IMG/VR virus record: IMGVR_UViG_3300038321_000417
Reading direction: 5' to 3' (one strand)
DNA length: 64,000 bases
DNA from: an uncultured virus (IMG/VR IMGVR_UViG_3300038321_000417)
Taxonomy: Duplodnaviria; Heunggongvirae; Uroviricota; Caudoviricetes
Shown here: positions 60,884 to 64,000 of the stretch, piece by piece
How the letters are laid out: each line of letters begins with the position of its first letter
Position numbering within the stretch: the stretch's first letter is position 1
The notes under the pieces: model-generated
Seen by the model: the letters and a program-made list of their open reading frames with translations, nothing else
What the model was told of the DNA's origin: nothing
Databases searched by the model: none
Position numbers and translations under genes: made by a program

Positions 60884-62362
60884 TTATTCCTGTACTATTT
60901 CACCAAAAAATGAACATACCCCTATGTTCCCTACCATGTAGAAAGGTGAAAAGTACTTTCCTACCCTTGATGGTATGGGTAATACCTGTACCCTACCTAA
61001 CTGTAACTCTTCTTGTGTTGCGTATAGTCCTATATTTTTGTCAGGTGTTTTAATTGTCTCGTATGTGCCGCCCCCAGAAGTTCTTAAATCAATGTCCTTA
61101 CCTTGATGTAATGCGTCAACTATATCTGCTTTAAACTGTGCAGGTAAAATAGTAGCAAAACCTAATTTCTTCTGTAACCTCAATAACCTAACATAGCCCA
61201 GTTCTAATGCCTGTGTCTTAGTGATTTTAGTGTAGTCTATGAGTCCTAAATAATCCACTACAAGTAAATCGAAAGGATCAGTCTCATACGCTCTTTCTAA
61301 CTCATCTAAAAAAGTATCAACATGACAAGGTTTGTCAATAAACTGGATGCTCCCATAATCAGGATTAGTTATTAAATCATAATAAGAAGCAAATTCAGCT
61401 TGCCTATATTCCTCTGATGGGTATAACTGTTTCTTTATTGTTTCCGAATCCAGTTCAACATAAACATTATCCTCTGAATTGTAATAGTAATCAAAATGTC
61501 TAGCTCTCAATAAGGGTGTCCAAGTTAAATGATTCCCCTCTAATACCCATACTGCCACTCTTTGTTTATTGACTACTACCGCTCTATGAGCTAAGTAGGC
61601 TGAAAATCTCGTTTTACAAGACTTTGCAGGTGCTAGTAAAGACACCATTTCACCAGAATATATCGCACCATATGCTTTGTCTAGAGGTCCAATTCCAAAG
61701 TCAGTAACTTTTCTTAATGTGTTTTTATCTGATTCTGTACTTTCTTTATAGTAGTCTAAGTCTAGTTTAAATACCCCTCTGTGCTCTGTTTCAGACGATA
61801 TTATTAAATTGTCTAACTTTGTAAATGCTTTACTTAAATATTGTTTTGTATCGTCATATCCTTGTAAGGTTTTCTTACCTTGCTGTACACCATCCAACAT
61901 TATTGTGGTTGCAGTATCAATTTCTTTAAGCGTGTATTCCGCTTTAAATCCGTCAATATACCCTTTTACAGCGTCTTTGAAAGTCTCAAAAGACACAATT
62001 TCGTCAGCTATCTCATTGTATACCTCTAAACAGCTGCTTATAAAGGCTTCAACAGGGGTCATCCCCTCGCTCTCTCCCCCTATTAATTGCCTGTAATCTT
62101 CCATATTTATTAACTTTGATTCCTCAAACTTACCTTTGTTACGCTCCAAAGTGGAAAGTAACGAATCTTCTGAAATAACATAAATCTCTTTCCGTGCATT
62201 TATTAATGAATAAAAAACTGAGTACTCGTTTTTAAATATGTTTTCTCTTACCTTTGTCTTTAGATAATTGTGACATAACTTTATGTTCTCTAGTAGTTGC
62301 TTATCGTCTACCGAAATTTCTCTGTAAATTAACCCCCCAAAAATAGTCTTGTCAAACTCCAC
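60884..62362 (-). CDS. DnaB-like (SF4) replicative helicase
   Basis: Walker A variant APAKSCKT, catalytic WVLE, LLVVDYLGL, PAQ, SR. Confidence 0.8.
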   Translation of the reverse strand: MEFDKTIFGGLIYREISVDDKQLLENIKLCHNYLKTKVRENIFKNEYSVFYSLINARKEIYVISEDSLLSTLERNKGKFEESKLINMEDYRQLIGGESEGMTPVEAFISSCLEVYNEIADEIVSFETFKDAVKGYIDGFKAEYTLKEIDTATTIMLDGVQQGKKTLQGYDDTKQYLSKAFTKLDNLIISSETEHRGVFKLDLDYYKESTESDKNTLRKVTDFGIGPLDKAYGAIYSGEMVSLLAPAKSCKTRFSAYLAHRAVVVNKQRVAVWVLEGNHLTWTPLLRARHFDYYYNSEDNVYVELDSETIKKQLYPSEEYRQAEFASYYDLITNPDYGSIQFIDKPCHVDTFLDELERAYETDPFDLLVVDYLGLIDYTKITKTQALELGYVRLLRLQKKLGFATILPAQFKADIVDALHQGKDIDLRTSGGGTYETIKTPDKNIGLYATQEELQLGRVQVLPIPSRVGKYFSPFYMVGNIGVCSFFGEIVQE

Positions 62363-62391
62363 CTAGCCCACCTGTCTTTCCCCTTGTCCTA

Positions 62392-62586
62392 CTAACTCTT
62401 AGTATAGAATACTGTCCAATCTGAGTAAGCAATTATCCTCAAGATGTTTCTTGCTTCAATCAGTGTTAGATTGTTAATAAACTCACCAATCTCAGGCATA
62501 TTTCCAGATTCAACTTTCTTTATTAAAGTGTCTAATTTGACCCTTACTGCTGTAATTTCGTCATGTACTTCCTCACCACTTCCCAT
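62392..62586 (-). CDS. Small hypothetical protein
   Basis: 64-aa ORF with SD-like AAGGG. Confidence 0.5.
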   Translation of the reverse strand: MGSGEEVHDEITAVRVKLDTLIKKVESGNMPEIGEFINNLTLIEARNILRIIAYSDWTVFYTKS

Positions 62587-62648
62587 TTTTTATACCCTTT
62601 TCTTTAAGGATTAAGAGAGCCTTATCTTTTGTGTTGTGACCTTTTATC

Positions 62649-62900
62649 TTATGCTGTAACTTTACTGTTAGTCTGATGTGCAAGTATGTTTTTTATCCTG
62701 TCATACCAAGAAATTAATCTCGGTTCTGCCTCTACTTTTGTTCTTATACCGCAAACATCACACTTAAAATGCAAGTATTTACTGCCTTGTACTGTCTCTA
62801 CTTCCATGTAATCGACACCATTTAATTGATGCCCACAAAGACAGCGAAACGGTATCTTTTGTATAGGTATTTCAGTCTTTCTCATAATAGTTGCGTTCAC
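62649..62900 (-). CDS. Small Zn-ribbon protein
   Basis: CLCG...CDVCG. Confidence 0.55.
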   Translation of the reverse strand: MNATIMRKTEIPIQKIPFRCLCGHQLNGVDYMEVETVQGSKYLHFKCDVCGIRTKVEAEPRLISWYDRIKNILAHQTNSKVTA

Positions 62901-62972
62901 TTATACCACCGTCTTTCGTCTCTTTGTATTTCTGTTTACTCTCATAAGTATCTTACTCTCTTATTTATGTTT

Positions 62973-63224
62973 CTATTTCCAGACAAAGCCCTTTTTCCTA
63001 CAATATGCTCTGTCAACAACAGACGTATTAACCGCTTCTACAGATATATCTTGTCTTCCAAGCTTTAAGTTTAACTTATGCGCAGCTCTATTTGCTGCTT
63101 CTAAGTCTTTAAAACAAATTGCGGTAGATAGCCCAACACTATCTAAGTCGGAAAAGTATGCGAATTTATCGCATATGCCTAAAAATACCCCTCTGCTTTT
63201 ATTAACGACTATGTAATTACTCAT
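62973..63224 (-). CDS. Small hypothetical protein
   Basis: 83-aa ORF with GAGG SD. Confidence 0.55.
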   Translation of the reverse strand: MSNYIVVNKSRGVFLGICDKFAYFSDLDSVGLSTAICFKDLEAANRAAHKLNLKLGRQDISVEAVNTSVVDRAYCRKKGFVWK

Positions 63225-63331
63225 TTAATTGTACCTCTCACATGTCTACTGATCTTTGTTTAATTCTAATACTATCGTTTGTATACTCCCACACAAAAGT
63301 ATCTTTCTTCATTGTGAAAGTACTTGTAGAC

Positions 63332-63374
63332 AAAAAAGTGAATAGGAATCCATATAGAATCCCTATTCACTTTT
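63332..63374 (-). terminator. Intrinsic terminator
   Basis: AAAAGTGAATAGG...CCTATTCACTTTT hairpin with U-tract. Confidence 0.75.
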
Positions 63375-63379
63375 AAACC

Positions 63380-64000
63380 TTATACCAACGCTAATGCCAC
63401 ATTAGTTGCCTCTCCTGACTTATAGTTTACAACACCAGTTAATTCCACAAGCTGCATATCTCTAATGTTGTCGATTTTTCCAGCAAATACAACAGTTTTA
63501 GCTGTCTTTGACTTGCGCAGTATATCTGTGAATTTAACCGTCGCCTGTTTTCCAAGTAATGATGTAACTTTTACATACACATTATCGCTGTCTGAATCTG
63601 CAAACTCTATTGAACCAATATAATTCCCATCTGCAAATCCTTTTTGTATGTACTTCTGCTTACGCTTATCAGTAGCAAACTCATTACTTGAAACAATGCA
63701 AACCCTGCCGTCATCATCACAAAACACATATGTTCTGTCCGGTTTCCATAACTTAATATCAATTATTTCAGCATCCTCTATCCCAAAATCCGATAGAATG
63801 AATACCCCTGTTTTCTTACCTGTAGTATACTCTATATTTTCCAAGTATACCTTATAAATTTCACCAGTTGAGGCGAACAACACTATAACATCATTTGCCT
63901 TGCAGTTTACGTTGTATACACAGTTAGACGGCATTTTTGCGTTCATACTATTCTTGTATATAAACAAATCTTCCGTGATGCCAATTTGAACATTTGACCT
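63380..64000 (-). CDS. C-terminal beta-pinwheel-like domain of a GyrA/ParC-type topoisomerase subunit (partial)
   Basis: The frame stays open to the window edge; blade-like repeats IGITEDLFIYK, VLFASTGEIYKV, VFCDDDGRVCIV, VTSLLGKQATV..SKTAKTV. Confidence 0.6.
   Translation of the reverse strand, partial: RSNVQIGITEDLFIYKNSMNAKMPSNCVYNVNCKANDVIVLFASTGEIYKVYLENIEYTTGKKTGVFILSDFGIEDAEIIDIKLWKPDRTYVFCDDDGRVCIVSSNEFATDKRKQKYIQKGFADGNYIGSIEFADSDSDNVYVKVTSLLGKQATVKFTDILRKSKTAKTVVFAGKIDNIRDMQLVELTGVVNYKSGEATNVALALV

Noticed and set aside
806..63857. All plus-strand ORFs in the track (e.g. 14838-15536 Ser-rich, 41699-42244)
   Set aside because: They are antisense shadows of well-supported minus-strand genes, with Ser/Leu/Phe/Ile-rich composition and no recognisable motifs.
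1..64000. CRISPR array, tRNA/rRNA genes, or a diversity-generating retroelement behind the paralog array
   Set aside because: No regularly spaced repeats, cloverleaf-like sequence, reverse transcriptase or TR/VR-like near-identical pair was seen by eye; a tRNAscan/Infernal run would be needed to exclude small RNAs.
1..64000. Stop-codon reassignment, as in some gut jumbo phages
   Set aside because: Long conserved genes are intact in the standard code, and TAA, TAG and TGA all end genes at sensible places; the split genes are separated by whole genes, not single stops.

Overview
This is an AT-rich (roughly 30% GC by eye), densely coding segment with every credible gene on the minus strand. It reads as the DNA replication/recombination and accessory region of a large tailed phage. 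Strong Shine-Dalgarno sites and sigmaA-type promoters suggest a Bacillota (possibly clostridial) host; this is inference. Recognisable genes are RecJ, thymidine kinase, UvrD- and RecD2-like helicases, SbcD/Mre11, SbcC/Rad50, a beta-clamp, an SSB, primase, a DnaB-like helicase, a family A DNA polymerase with an intein, NAD-dependent ligase, RuvC, an adenine methyltransferase, YhaM and the C-terminal end of a GyrA/ParC-like gene. No virion genes, tRNAs, rRNAs or CRISPR array were seen. Main findings: (1) a zincin-VWA plus MoxR AAA+ operon is followed by about 10 divergent WG-repeat/beta-rich paralogs that all share one short N-terminal helical motif, a candidate modular adaptor system; (2) three core enzymes (Rad50, LigA, DnaG) are each split into separate genes at domain boundaries; (3) a 1349-aa membrane-anchored FtsK/SpoIIIE-like ATPase; (4) a phage-borne AbiE-type toxin-antitoxin pair; (5) an unannotated hyper-acidic 59-aa protein; (6) homopolymer tracts, including one that frameshifts thymidine kinase. 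All functional calls come from reading motifs by eye; no database searches were run.
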